A stretch of 24,000 nt of DNA from an uncultured Actinomycetota bacterium (GCA_963740255.1 CAVUDO010000006.1:124158-148157); one strand, 5' to 3'; positions 8,325 to 16,266 are shown, counted from the first letter of the stretch. The notes: generated by a model from the sequence alone, not told the origin. Made by a program: numbers and translations.

Positions 8325-9019
8325 CCGCCGGGACCCCCGGGACCCCCGACACCGGTGTGCGGACGCCGCCGAAGATCCTGGTCGCGGGCGTCGGCAACAT
8401 CTTCTTCTCCGACGACGCGTTCGGTGTCGAGGTGGCCGGCAAGCTCGCCCGCGAAACGCTGCCCGCCGGCGTCCAGGTGCTCGACATCGGCATCCGCGGC
8501 GTCCACCTGGCCTACCAGCTGCTCGACGGCTACGACGTGCTGATCCTGGTCGACACCACTCAGCGCGGCGGCCCGCCGGGCACCCTGTACGTGATCGAGC
8601 CCGACATGGCCCGGACCGACAACCCGGACCCGGGGATCGAGCGCCCGCTGGTCGACGTCCACGGCATGGAGCCCGACACGGTCTTCGCCCTGCTCGGCTC
8701 GCTGCGGCGCGGCGTCGGCATGGAGGACAGCTCGGTCGGGCGGATCCTCGTGGTCGGCTGCGAGCCCTCGTGCATGGACGAGGGCATGGGACTCACACCG
8801 GAGGTGGAGGCAGCGGTCGACGGCGCGGTGCGGACCGTCGTCGATCTCGTGAAGGAATTGCAGACCGAGACAGGGAAAGGAGACTCCGATGCTGAAACGA
8901 TTCGTGTTGGGCGCGCTGCTCGTGGGCGTGGCGACGGTAGTGGTGCAGTCGCTGCCGGACGTGGCGCGGTACCTCAAGATCCGGGAGATGTGACGGCCGA
9001 GGTCGGAGGCGCGCGATGA
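8321..9019 (+). CDS. hupD: [NiFe]-hydrogenase maturation endopeptidase (HupD/HyaD/HybD family)
   Basis: ATGA overlap with the upstream stop. Core sequence KILVAGVGNIFFSDDAFGVEVAGKL...VLDIGIRGVHLAYQLLDGYDVLILVDTT...VDVHGMEP carries the family's Asp/Asp/His metal-ligand pattern. The frame stays open to TGA 9017..9019, but from about 8888 it loses coding bias (see findings). Confidence 0.85.
   Translation: MTAGTPGTPDTGVRTPPKILVAGVGNIFFSDDAFGVEVAGKLARETLPAGVQVLDIGIRGVHLAYQLLDGYDVLILVDTTQRGGPPGTLYVIEPDMARTDNPDPGIERPLVDVHGMEPDTVFALLGSLRRGVGMEDSSVGRILVVGCEPSCMDEGMGLTPEVEAAVDGAVRTVVDLVKELQTETGKGDSDAETIRVGRAARGRGDGSGAVAAGRGAVPQDPGDVTAEVGGAR
8889..8993 (+). CDS. 34-aa single-helix membrane peptide (sORF, absent from the ORF track)
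   Basis: ATG 8889 is preceded by a GGAAAGGAGA SD (8874..8883). Translation: MLKRFVLGALLVGVATVVVQSLPDVARYLKIREM, stop TGA 8991..8993. By hand count, 3 of 34 codons end in A/T, against 25 of 43 in the overlapping hupD frame. Confidence 0.55.
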   Translation: MLKRFVLGALLVGVATVVVQSLPDVARYLKIREM

Positions 9020-9531
9020 CGCGCTTCACGGTGGTGCCGGAACGCTCGGTGCTGACCGCCGAGGCCCGTTCGAACGTGCACCCGATCCACGGCGAGGGCC
9101 GCGGGCTGACCGGCTACGTCGACGTCGACGTGGTCGACGGCCGGATCGACCCCGCGTCCAAGCCGACGGTCCACATCGAGCTGCAGACCGAGGACCTGAA
9201 GGCGGAGAACTCGCTCTATGACCGCGAGATCCAGAAGCGGATCAACGCGCGCAGGTACCCGACCATCCGTGGCGAGGTCCGCGAGGTGCGGGAGACCTCG
9301 CCGGGCCAGTACGACGTGGCCGGGGAGCTGTCCTTCAACGGCGCCACCCGGGCTGTGGACGGCACGGCCCGGGTGTCCGTGGTCGACGACCGGACGCTGC
9401 AGGTGGACGGCGATCTCACCGTCGACATCCGCGACTTCGGCCTCGAGCCGCCGAAGATCCTGATGCTCAAGGTGTTCCCCGACGTGGCGATTCACGTGAA
9501 CCTCGTCGCCGAGCGCGAAGGCGGAGACTGA
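9016..9531 (+). CDS. YceI-like (polyisoprenoid/lipid-binding beta-barrel) protein
   Basis: ATG 9016 overlaps the hupD stop (ATGA) and follows a GGAGG SD (9005..9009). The YceI-like layout is: SVLTAEARSNVHPIHGEGRGLTGYVDVD...; ENSLYDREIQKRINARRYPTIRGEV; YDVAGELSFNGATRAV; VDIRDFGLEPP...DVAIHVNLVAE. Confidence 0.8.
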   Translation: MTRFTVVPERSVLTAEARSNVHPIHGEGRGLTGYVDVDVVDGRIDPASKPTVHIELQTEDLKAENSLYDREIQKRINARRYPTIRGEVREVRETSPGQYDVAGELSFNGATRAVDGTARVSVVDDRTLQVDGDLTVDIRDFGLEPPKILMLKVFPDVAIHVNLVAEREGGD

Positions 9532-9588
9532 GCCTGAACCCAGTGAGTTCTGAGCGGGACGATGTACGTGGAAGGAAGTGGTCTTCAA

Positions 9589-9840
9589 ATGGGCGCGCTG
9601 GCAGGTTTCCTGCTCGGCTACTGGCTGGGCACCAAGGCCGGTAAGCACGGCATCGAAGAGATGATCACGGCGGGCAAGCAGATCGCCAAGTCCGACGAAT
9701 TCAAGTCCGCTGTTGCCGGTGCCACCCAGATGGCCGGCAGCATGCTCTCGGCCGGCGCCTCGATGGCGGCGGGCCGGCTCGGCGGCGGAGCGCACGAGGC
9801 ACCGGCAGGGAACGGCCGCGCGAGCATGCGGGCCGTGTAA
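9589..9840 (+). CDS. Small Gly/Ala-rich protein with hydrophobic N-terminus (83 aa), unknown function
   Basis: Track ORF 9562..9840. The first 9 codons have poor third-position G/C, so I start at ATG 9589, with a GGAAGGAAG SD 10 nt upstream. The protein is MGALAGFLLGYWLGTKAGKHGIEEMITAGKQIAKSDEFKSAVAGATQMAGSMLSAGASMAAGRLGGG. The stop is TAA. Confidence 0.55.
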   Translation: MGALAGFLLGYWLGTKAGKHGIEEMITAGKQIAKSDEFKSAVAGATQMAGSMLSAGASMAAGRLGGGAHEAPAGNGRASMRAV

Positions 9841-9859
9841 GTCTTGTTCTCGACGGTGG

Positions 9860-9885
9860 CGGCAGCGGCTGGAAAGTCGCTGCCG
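9860..9885 (+). other. GC-rich stem-loop between the small protein gene and hypC
   Basis: CGGCAGCG (9860..9867) pairs perfectly with CGCTGCCG (9878..9885) around a 10-nt loop GCTGGAAAGT. There is no U-tract, so it is not a canonical intrinsic terminator. Confidence 0.25.
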
Positions 9886-9963
9886 GCGCCGGGCCACCAC
9901 GGGCCACACGGAGCACGCCGGAACCCGGCACCATGCTCGACCTGACGGAAAGGAGACCCCCTC

Positions 9964-10236
9964 ATGTGCCTCGGGATTCCCGGCGAACTCGTCGAGCGGA
10001 GCTTGGAACACAAGGACCTCGCGATGGTGGACGTGGCGGGCGCCAAGCGGATGGTGAACATCGGCCTGCTGGAGGACGAGGAACTCAACGAAGGCGACTG
10101 GGTGCTGATCCACGTCGGATTCGCTCTCTCCAAGATCGACGAGAAAGAGGCGCAGCACGCCTTGAAGATGCTCGAAGGCATGGGCCAGGCCTACACCGAC
10201 GAGCTGATCGCACTGGCCAAGTCCGACATCGTCTAG
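9964..10236 (+). CDS. hypC: Hydrogenase maturation chaperone HypC
   Basis: Begins MCLGIPGELVE, with the essential Cys at position 2, and contains GDWVLIHVGFALSKIDEKEA. An AAAGGAGA SD lies upstream. Confidence 0.95.
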   Translation: MCLGIPGELVERSLEHKDLAMVDVAGAKRMVNIGLLEDEELNEGDWVLIHVGFALSKIDEKEAQHALKMLEGMGQAYTDELIALAKSDIV

Positions 10237-10293
10237 CACCAGACGTTCCAGTCAGTCCGTTGACGGCCCCACACAGCGAGGAGGTGGTCGGGA

Positions 10294-11421
10294 ATGCGTT
10301 TCGTCGATGAGTTCCGCGACGCCGAGAAGGCGCGCGTGCTTTCACACCGGATTGCCGAGCTCTGCGAGCCGGGCCGGCACTACAAGTTCATGGAGGTGTG
10401 CGGCGGGCACACCCACACGATCTACAAGCACGGGCTCGAGGACTACCTGCCCGAGCAGGTGACGCTGGTGCACGGCCCCGGCTGCCCGGTGTGCGTGATC
10501 CCGATGGGCCGGGTGGACGACGCGATCGCCATCGCCGAGGAGCCGGACGTCATCATGACCTCGTTCGGCGACATGATGCGGGTGCCGGGCGGGCGCGGGT
10601 CGTTCTTCGACTCGATGGCCAACGGCGCCGACATCCGGATGGTGTACTCCCCGCTGGACGCCCTGAAGATCGCGCGGAACAACCCGAACAAGAAGGTCGT
10701 CTTCATGGCGATCGGGTTCGAGACCACCGCGCCGTCCACCGCGATGACCGTGATGCGGGCGAAGGCCGAGGGACTGGAGAACTTCTCGATCTTCTGCAAC
10801 CACGTCACGATCATCCCGGCGATCAAGGCCATCCTCGACTCGCCCGACCTGCGGCTGGACGGCTTCCTCGGCCCTGGCCACGTGTCCACCGTGATCGGCT
10901 GCCGGCCGTACGAGTTCATCGCGCGCGACCACGGCAAGCCGCTGGTCACCGCCGGCTTCGAGCCGCTGGACATCCTGCAGTCGGTGTACATGCTGCTCAT
11001 GCAGCTCAAGGAGGGCCGTTCCGAGGTCGAGAACCAGTACGCCCGGGTGGTGCCGTGGGACGGCAACCCCAAGGCGCTCGAGGTGATCGCCGAGGTGATG
11101 GAACTGCGGCCCTACTTCGAGTGGCGCGGGCTCGGCTTCATCTCCCACTCCGCGCTGCGGATGAACGACGCCCACGCGTCCTTCGACGCCGAGAAGATTT
11201 TCTCGGTGCCCGGGGTGCGGGTCGCCGACCCCAAGGCGTGCCAGTGCGGCGAGGTGCTCAAGGGCGTCCTCAAGCCGTGGGAGTGCAAGGTGTTCGGCAC
11301 GGCGTGCACGCCCGAGACCCCGATCGGCACCTGCATGGTGTCCTCGGAGGGCGCGTGCGCCGCGTACTACAACTTCGGCCGCTTCAGCCGGGAGCGCGTC
11401 AAGGAGGCGACCCGCACGTGA
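10294..11421 (+). CDS. hypD: Hydrogenase maturation protein HypD
   Basis: 375 aa with motifs FMEVCGGHTHTIYKHG, HGPGCPVCV and GFETTAP, and a C-terminal Cys cluster CQCGEVLKG...C. A GAGGAGG SD lies upstream. Confidence 0.97.
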   Translation: MRFVDEFRDAEKARVLSHRIAELCEPGRHYKFMEVCGGHTHTIYKHGLEDYLPEQVTLVHGPGCPVCVIPMGRVDDAIAIAEEPDVIMTSFGDMMRVPGGRGSFFDSMANGADIRMVYSPLDALKIARNNPNKKVVFMAIGFETTAPSTAMTVMRAKAEGLENFSIFCNHVTIIPAIKAILDSPDLRLDGFLGPGHVSTVIGCRPYEFIARDHGKPLVTAGFEPLDILQSVYMLLMQLKEGRSEVENQYARVVPWDGNPKALEVIAEVMELRPYFEWRGLGFISHSALRMNDAHASFDAEKIFSVPGVRVADPKACQCGEVLKGVLKPWECKVFGTACTPETPIGTCMVSSEGACAAYYNFGRFSRERVKEATRT

Positions 11422-12656
11422 CGGATCGGGTCGCCCGGACGCCGGTGGATGTCGCGATCGAAAGGCGAGGGACCGTGAACCTCGAGCAGGAGCAGAAGGA
11501 GACCACCGCGGCCTGGGCCGAGGAGGCCGTGACCGAGTCCGAGCAGGACGAGGACGGGCCGCACCACCACATCGGGCAGGAGCACCGCACCCGCGAGCAG
11601 CAGGTGCTCGACCGGATCGACCGGGCCCGCCGGCGCAAGCCCCGGGTCAAGGAAGAACGCATCACGCTGTCGCACGGGGCGGGCGGTAAGGCCACTCACA
11701 CCCTGATCGACGCGATCTTCCTGGAGGCGTTCCGCAACGAGCAGCTGGAGCAGATGGAGGACGGCGCGACGCTCAGCATCGGCGGTGCCAGGTTGGCTTT
11801 CACCACGGACTCCTACGTGGTCTCGCCGCTGTTCTTCCCCGGCGGCGACATCGGCGACCTGGCGGTGAACGGCACGGTCAACGACCTCGCCGTGTGCGGT
11901 GCCCGGCCGCTGTACCTGTCCTGCGGCTTCATCCTGGAGGAGGGGTTCGAGGTCGCGAAGCTGCGGCAGATCACCGACTCGATGGCGGCCGCGGCCAGGG
12001 CGGCCGGAGTGCAGATCGTCACCGGCGACACGAAGGTCGTGCAGCAGGGCAAGGGCGACGGCTGCTACATCAACACCGCCGGCGTCGGCCTGCTCGACCG
12101 GCCGACCCCGCTCAGTGCCGCGTCGGTCAAGCCGGGGGACAAGATCCTGGTGTCGGGTCCGATCGGCGACCACGGCATCACGATCCTGCTGGCCCGGGGC
12201 GAGCTGGACATCGTCGCCGACATCGAGTCCGACACCGCGCCGATGCACGAGCTGATCGCGGGGCTGCTCGACGCGGTGCCCGGTGTGCGGACGCTGCGCG
12301 ACGCGACCCGGGGCGGCGTGGCCACCATCCTCAACGAGGTGGCGGTGGCGTCCCAGGTCGCGGTGGTGGTGGACGAGGCCGCCGTGCCGGTACGCGCCGA
12401 GGTCAACGGCGCCTGCGAACTGCTCGGCATCGACCCGCTCTACGTCGCCTGCGAGGGACGGCTGGTCGCGATCGTGGACGGCTCGATGGTCGACGACGCG
12501 CTGGCCGCGCTCAAGGCGCATCCGCTCGGCGAGGGAGCCGCGGTGATCGGCACGATCAAGGACGACCCGCCCGGGCTGGTGCTGCTCAAGACCACGTTCG
12601 GGGGCACCCGGATCGTCGACATGCTCGTCGGCGACCCGCTACCGCGGATCTGCTGA
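11418..12656 (+). CDS. hypE: Hydrogenase maturation protein HypE (carbamoyl dehydratase) with an unusual N-terminal extension
   Basis: GTG 11418 overlaps the hypD stop (GTGA) and follows an AAGGAGG SD (11401..11407); GTG 11475 and GTG 11604 are alternatives. The conserved core starts at ITLSHGAGGKATHTLIDAIFLEAF (11661) and ends with the canonical PLPRIC C-terminus. Confidence 0.93.
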   Translation: MTDRVARTPVDVAIERRGTVNLEQEQKETTAAWAEEAVTESEQDEDGPHHHIGQEHRTREQQVLDRIDRARRRKPRVKEERITLSHGAGGKATHTLIDAIFLEAFRNEQLEQMEDGATLSIGGARLAFTTDSYVVSPLFFPGGDIGDLAVNGTVNDLAVCGARPLYLSCGFILEEGFEVAKLRQITDSMAAAARAAGVQIVTGDTKVVQQGKGDGCYINTAGVGLLDRPTPLSAASVKPGDKILVSGPIGDHGITILLARGELDIVADIESDTAPMHELIAGLLDAVPGVRTLRDATRGGVATILNEVAVASQVAVVVDEAAVPVRAEVNGACELLGIDPLYVACEGRLVAIVDGSMVDDALAALKAHPLGEGAAVIGTIKDDPPGLVLLKTTFGGTRIVDMLVGDPLPRIC

Positions 12657-12678
12657 GAACCACGAACGGAGGTGTCCG

Positions 12679-13164
12679 ATGTCCTCTACCGAGTTCTTGA
12701 GCACCTACCTCAACGACCACCTCGCCGGGTCATCCGCCGCGGTCGAGATGATCGAGAGAAGCTGTGGGCGCAACGCCGGCACCCCGACCGGGGACTTCCT
12801 GGCGGAGCTGCTGCGCGACGTCGAAGCCGACCGGGCCACGCTGCGGAGCCTGATGAAGCGGCTCGGCGTCGAGGAGAGCATGTTCAAGCAGTTCGCCGGC
12901 GCCGCGCTGGAGAAGGCGAGCCGGCTCAAGCTCGCCGAGCCGATCACCGGCAGCCCGCACCTGACCCGGCTGATGGAGCTGGAGACGGTCTTCCTCGGCG
13001 TCGAGGGCAAGCACGCGTTGTGGCGGACGCTCAAGGCGCTGTCGGACGACGATCCGCGGCTGGCCGAGACCGACCTGGAGGGCCTGATCGACCGGGCCGA
13101 CCACCAGCTCGCCGGCATCGAGAAGCACCGGATCGAAGCCGCCGTCGCCGCTTTCACCGCCTGA
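12679..13164 (+). CDS. Helical protein of unknown function (161 aa), last gene of the + strand operon
   Basis: A GGAGG SD lies 6 nt upstream of the ATG, 22 nt after the hypE stop. The protein is MSSTEFLSTYLNDHLAGSSAAVEMIERSCGRNAGTPTGDFLAELLRDVEADRATLRSLMKRLGV.... It has good coding bias and I recognise no family. Confidence 0.7.
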   Translation: MSSTEFLSTYLNDHLAGSSAAVEMIERSCGRNAGTPTGDFLAELLRDVEADRATLRSLMKRLGVEESMFKQFAGAALEKASRLKLAEPITGSPHLTRLMELETVFLGVEGKHALWRTLKALSDDDPRLAETDLEGLIDRADHQLAGIEKHRIEAAVAAFTA

Positions 13165-13182
13165 TCCACGGCGGCCGGACGA

Positions 13183-14403
13183 TCAGATCTCCAGGGCGCC
13201 GGGCGGGGTGCCGTCGCGCCGGCCGAGCGCGGTCAGGGCGAGCACGCCGTGTCCTTCGAGGCGGGTGTGCCGGCCGACCCCGGTGGGGTCGACCGAGGCG
13301 CGTGCCGCAATGTGCGTGGCGTCGCATCCGTCCAGGGAGCCGTCCTCCGGACACACGGCATAGCCCGCCTCCGCGGAGTGTGGGGTCCGACCTGTTCTTC
13401 TTCGCTGTAGTAGCGGATGACCTCGCCGCGCTCCGCGATGCACCACTCGGTGAACGCCTGGCAGAGGCAGTACCAGTGGGCGGCGCCGAACCGGCGACTC
13501 AGCGCGGCGCAGCTGTCCTGGATCCGGTCGCCGTCGGAGTCCGCCGACGTTTCGTCGTCGGGGAGGTTCTCGAACACCAGCGTCCACCCGTCGAGCACCG
13601 GGCTGACGTACGTCCGGGAACCGGGCCAGGCGTCGAAGCGGAGGTGGTCGTGGAGCCAGGCGTGCGTGCCGAGCCGCATGGTCACGGGCATGGCGTCGGA
13701 CAGGTCGAACGCGTCGAGCACGGCCGCCTGGTCGCCGGTGGGCAGGGCGTACCAGCCGCCGCACACCTGGGTCGGTGCGGGTACCTCGTGAGCCAGCTTG
13801 ACCCGGATCAGCCGTTGGACCACCGCCTGGTCGTACGCGTCGAGCGCGTCCCAGCCGCCGACCTCTGCCAGCGCGGCGAGCACCTCGCGCCGGTGCGGTC
13901 CCGGCGTCCGCCGCACCCCACGGAGCACCGGGATGACACCCGGCCCCATCTGCTTCAGTGCCGATACGGCGCGTACCTGGACCTCGTCGTCGGGGTCGGT
14001 GAGCAGCGGGAGGAGCGCCGACGCGTAGGGCAGCGCATCCGCCTTCCAGCTCTGGAGGGCGCCCGCCGCCCTGTTCCGCACGTTCGCGCTGGGGTGCCCT
14101 AGCAGCGGCAGGTACCGGGCCCGGTCGGAGACCTGGAGGCCCTGGAGCGCGTTGCCCGCATGGACGACCACCGGCCACGAGTCGGTGTTCGCGATGAGGT
14201 CCACCAGGGGTTCGAACGCCGGTTCGCCGATGCGGTGCAGGACGGCCGTCCCGAACCACAACACGTCGTGCTCGGCGTGCTCGTCACCGATCACCGCCAT
14301 CAGCGGTTCCACCGCCGCCTCACCGGCCTGCACCAGCGCGTCGCCCGCAGCCTGCCGCGCCGACGGCTCGGCGAGTTGCCGTACCAGGAAGTCGAGGTCC
14401 ATG
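13183..14403 (-). pseudogene. HEAT-repeat protein with an unknown C-terminal domain; reading frame broken near 13370..13395
   Basis: Starts at ATG 14403 (MDLDFLVRQLAEPSARQAAGDALVQAGEAAVEPLMAVIGDE). HEAT/PBS-lyase-like repeats are present (HPSANVRNRAAGALQS; LLTDPDDEVQVRAVSALKQMG). The frame of track ORF 13233..16775 is convincing down to ...EVIRYYSEEEQVGP. Downstream of that, the frame of track ORF 13183..14259 looks coding (SAEAGYAVCPEDGSLDGCDATHIAARASVDPTGVGRHTRLEGHGVLALTALGRRDG...). Confidence 0.6.
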
Positions 14404-14579
14404 GCCGCGAAGAGTACCGCTGCAAACAGCTGGGCGAGGGCGTGGTCGGGGTCGTAGGATCTGCGGCATGACCTGGCGACATTGATCCAGAGCGAGAGGT
14501 CGCGGCGCGGCACGTTGCCGCGGACCACCGGGAGAGCCCGACCGTCCCGAGTCCGCCATCGTCCCCGTGGGAAGACCTC
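14404..14579. promoter_or_regulatory. Divergent intergenic region between the HEAT-repeat gene and the MFS gene
   Basis: A 176-bp gap between two divergently oriented starts. No specific motif was assigned. Confidence 0.3.
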
Positions 14580-15890
14580 ATGATCCTTTCTGTATTCCGT
14601 GTCCCGGACACGCGCATCAAGCGGCTGACAGCCACGATCTACGCCTACGCGTTCTTCGACGAGCTGATCCTGCTCTATCCGGTGTACACGCTGCTGCTCG
14701 CCGACAACGGGCTGTCCGTTGCCGAGATCTCGTCGCTGTTCATCCTCTGGTCGCTGACCTCGATCGTGCTGGAGGTCCCCTCCGGGGCGCTGGCCGATGC
14801 CGTCTCGCGGCGCCGGGTGCTGGCCGTCGCGCCGTTGCTCGCGGCGGTCGGATTCGCGATGTGGCCGGTCACGTCGTCGTACTGGGTGTTCGCACTGGGC
14901 TTCGTCCTCTGGGGAGTGCAGGGCGCGCTGCAGTCCGGTGCGTTCGAGGCGCTCGTGTACGAGGAGCTCGACCGGCTGGGAGCGGCCGACCGGTACGCCC
15001 GCATCATGGGCCGCAGCCGCGCGTGGGGTGTGGCGGCGGTGATCGTGGCTCTCACGGCCGGAGGTCCGGTGCTCGCCCTCGGCGGCTACGCCGCGGTGGG
15101 CGTGGCGAGCGTGCTCGCGTGCGTGGTCACGGCGGCTGTCGCGCTGGCGTTGCCCGAGCATCGTCGGCGGCGTTCGGCGGCGCTGGTCGGGTCGCCTTCG
15201 GCGGGGGAGCCGGTGGCGACGTCGGCTGGCGTCGGGCCGGCCGCTGCCGCGACCGGTGTCCTGCCGGTGACCGCACCTCCGGACGACGAGGTGGAGCTCG
15301 GGTACCTCGCCACGCTGCGGGCCGGCCTGGCCGAGGCACGCCACAGCCGCTCGGTGCGGTGGGCCCTGGTGGTGGTGCCCGCGGTGACCGCGATCTGGGG
15401 TTCGCTGGAGGAGTACGTGCCCCTGCTGGCCGTGGAGACCGGTGTGCCGAATCACCTGGCACCGTTCATGTTGCTGCTGGTCTGGGGCGGCGTGACGATC
15501 GGCGGCCTGCTGGCCGGGGTCGGGCAGCGGATGAACCCGACGACGCTGGCCGGCGCGCTGGCGCTCGGCGCGTTGGCGATGGCGGCCGGTGCGCTGAGTG
15601 GGGTGCCGGCCGGGTTCGTGCTGATCGCGGTGGCGTTCTGCGTGTTCCAGGTGGTCAGCGTCGTGGCCGACGCGCGGCTCCAGGAGCGGATCACCGGGCC
15701 GAGCCGGGCCACGGTGACCTCGCTGGCCGGGCTCGGCACCGAGCTGGCCGCGGTGGCTGTCTACGGCGCCTACGCGGCGGCGTCGGCGATGAGCCACAGT
15801 ACGGTCTTCGCGCTGTTCGCCGGGGTGTACGTGGTGATCGCGGTCGGCCTCGCGGCCGGTGGCCGGGGTCCCCGCGTCGCGGGGGTGTGA
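14580..15890 (+). CDS. MFS-family transporter
   Basis: 436 aa with about 12 hydrophobic segments. An MFS loop motif GALADAVSRRRVL follows TM2. There is a central cytoplasmic loop (PEHRRRRSAALVGSPSAGEP...). A GGAAGA SD lies 5 nt upstream. Confidence 0.85.
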   Translation: MILSVFRVPDTRIKRLTATIYAYAFFDELILLYPVYTLLLADNGLSVAEISSLFILWSLTSIVLEVPSGALADAVSRRRVLAVAPLLAAVGFAMWPVTSSYWVFALGFVLWGVQGALQSGAFEALVYEELDRLGAADRYARIMGRSRAWGVAAVIVALTAGGPVLALGGYAAVGVASVLACVVTAAVALALPEHRRRRSAALVGSPSAGEPVATSAGVGPAAAATGVLPVTAPPDDEVELGYLATLRAGLAEARHSRSVRWALVVVPAVTAIWGSLEEYVPLLAVETGVPNHLAPFMLLLVWGGVTIGGLLAGVGQRMNPTTLAGALALGALAMAAGALSGVPAGFVLIAVAFCVFQVVSVVADARLQERITGPSRATVTSLAGLGTELAAVAVYGAYAAASAMSHSTVFALFAGVYVVIAVGLAAGGRGPRVAGV

Positions 15891-15999
15891 ACCCCTGGCC
15901 AGACCACCGGCCGGCTGGAATCCTTGCCTCGGTGCCGGGAGGTCGGCACGCGGGAACGGCCCGCGGGAGTACGGCCGCCCGGGTCGGAGAGGTGCGTTC

Positions 16000-16266
16000 G
16001 TGGAGTCTCCGTTGCAGGTCTTCGAACGGTTGCGCCCGCGCGGGCTGTACCGGGGCGTGGGTGCCGGTGCGCTGGTGGTGGACGTCGACCAGGACGGTCG
16101 GATCGACCGGGTCTGGCTGGCGCCCGACATCGTGCCGTACATGCAGGTCGAGGAGCTGGAAAGGGCCGTCGTCGAGGCACACGCGCAGGCCCGGGCGCAG
16201 GCGTTCGACGCCGCGCAGGAGGCGTGGACGATCGCGACGGACGGACACCGGGAGCGGGTGGAATGA
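16000..16266 (+). CDS. YbaB/EbfC-like small protein (88 aa)
   Basis: GTG 16000 lies 7 nt after a GGAGAGG SD (15986..15992), inside track ORF 15859..16266. The YbaB-like core is GVGAGALVVDVDQDGRIDRVWLAPDIVPYMQVEELERAVVEAHAQARAQA. Confidence 0.6.
   Translation: MESPLQVFERLRPRGLYRGVGAGALVVDVDQDGRIDRVWLAPDIVPYMQVEELERAVVEAHAQARAQAFDAAQEAWTIATDGHRERVE

Noticed and set aside
6447-8977. Long - strand ORFs 6447..8276 (609 aa) and 6824..8977 (717 aa), and + strand ORF 6671..8044 (457 aa)
   Set aside because: They are alternative-frame or antisense shadows of the 6681..8324 gene and hupD. They show extreme Arg/Gly/Pro or Ser/Thr bias and no coupling to neighbouring genes.
10398-11417. Upstream 340 codons of the 752-aa ORF 10398..12656
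   Set aside because: This stretch is out of frame within hypD. HypE-like sequence only begins after the hypD stop, and the SD-supported GTG 11418 is the earliest credible start.
13162-13185. TGATC...GATCA inverted repeat between the convergent genes at 13164 and 13183, considered as a bidirectional terminator
   Set aside because: Only the outer 5 bp pair; the inner bases mismatch and there is no U/A tract. This is too weak to call.
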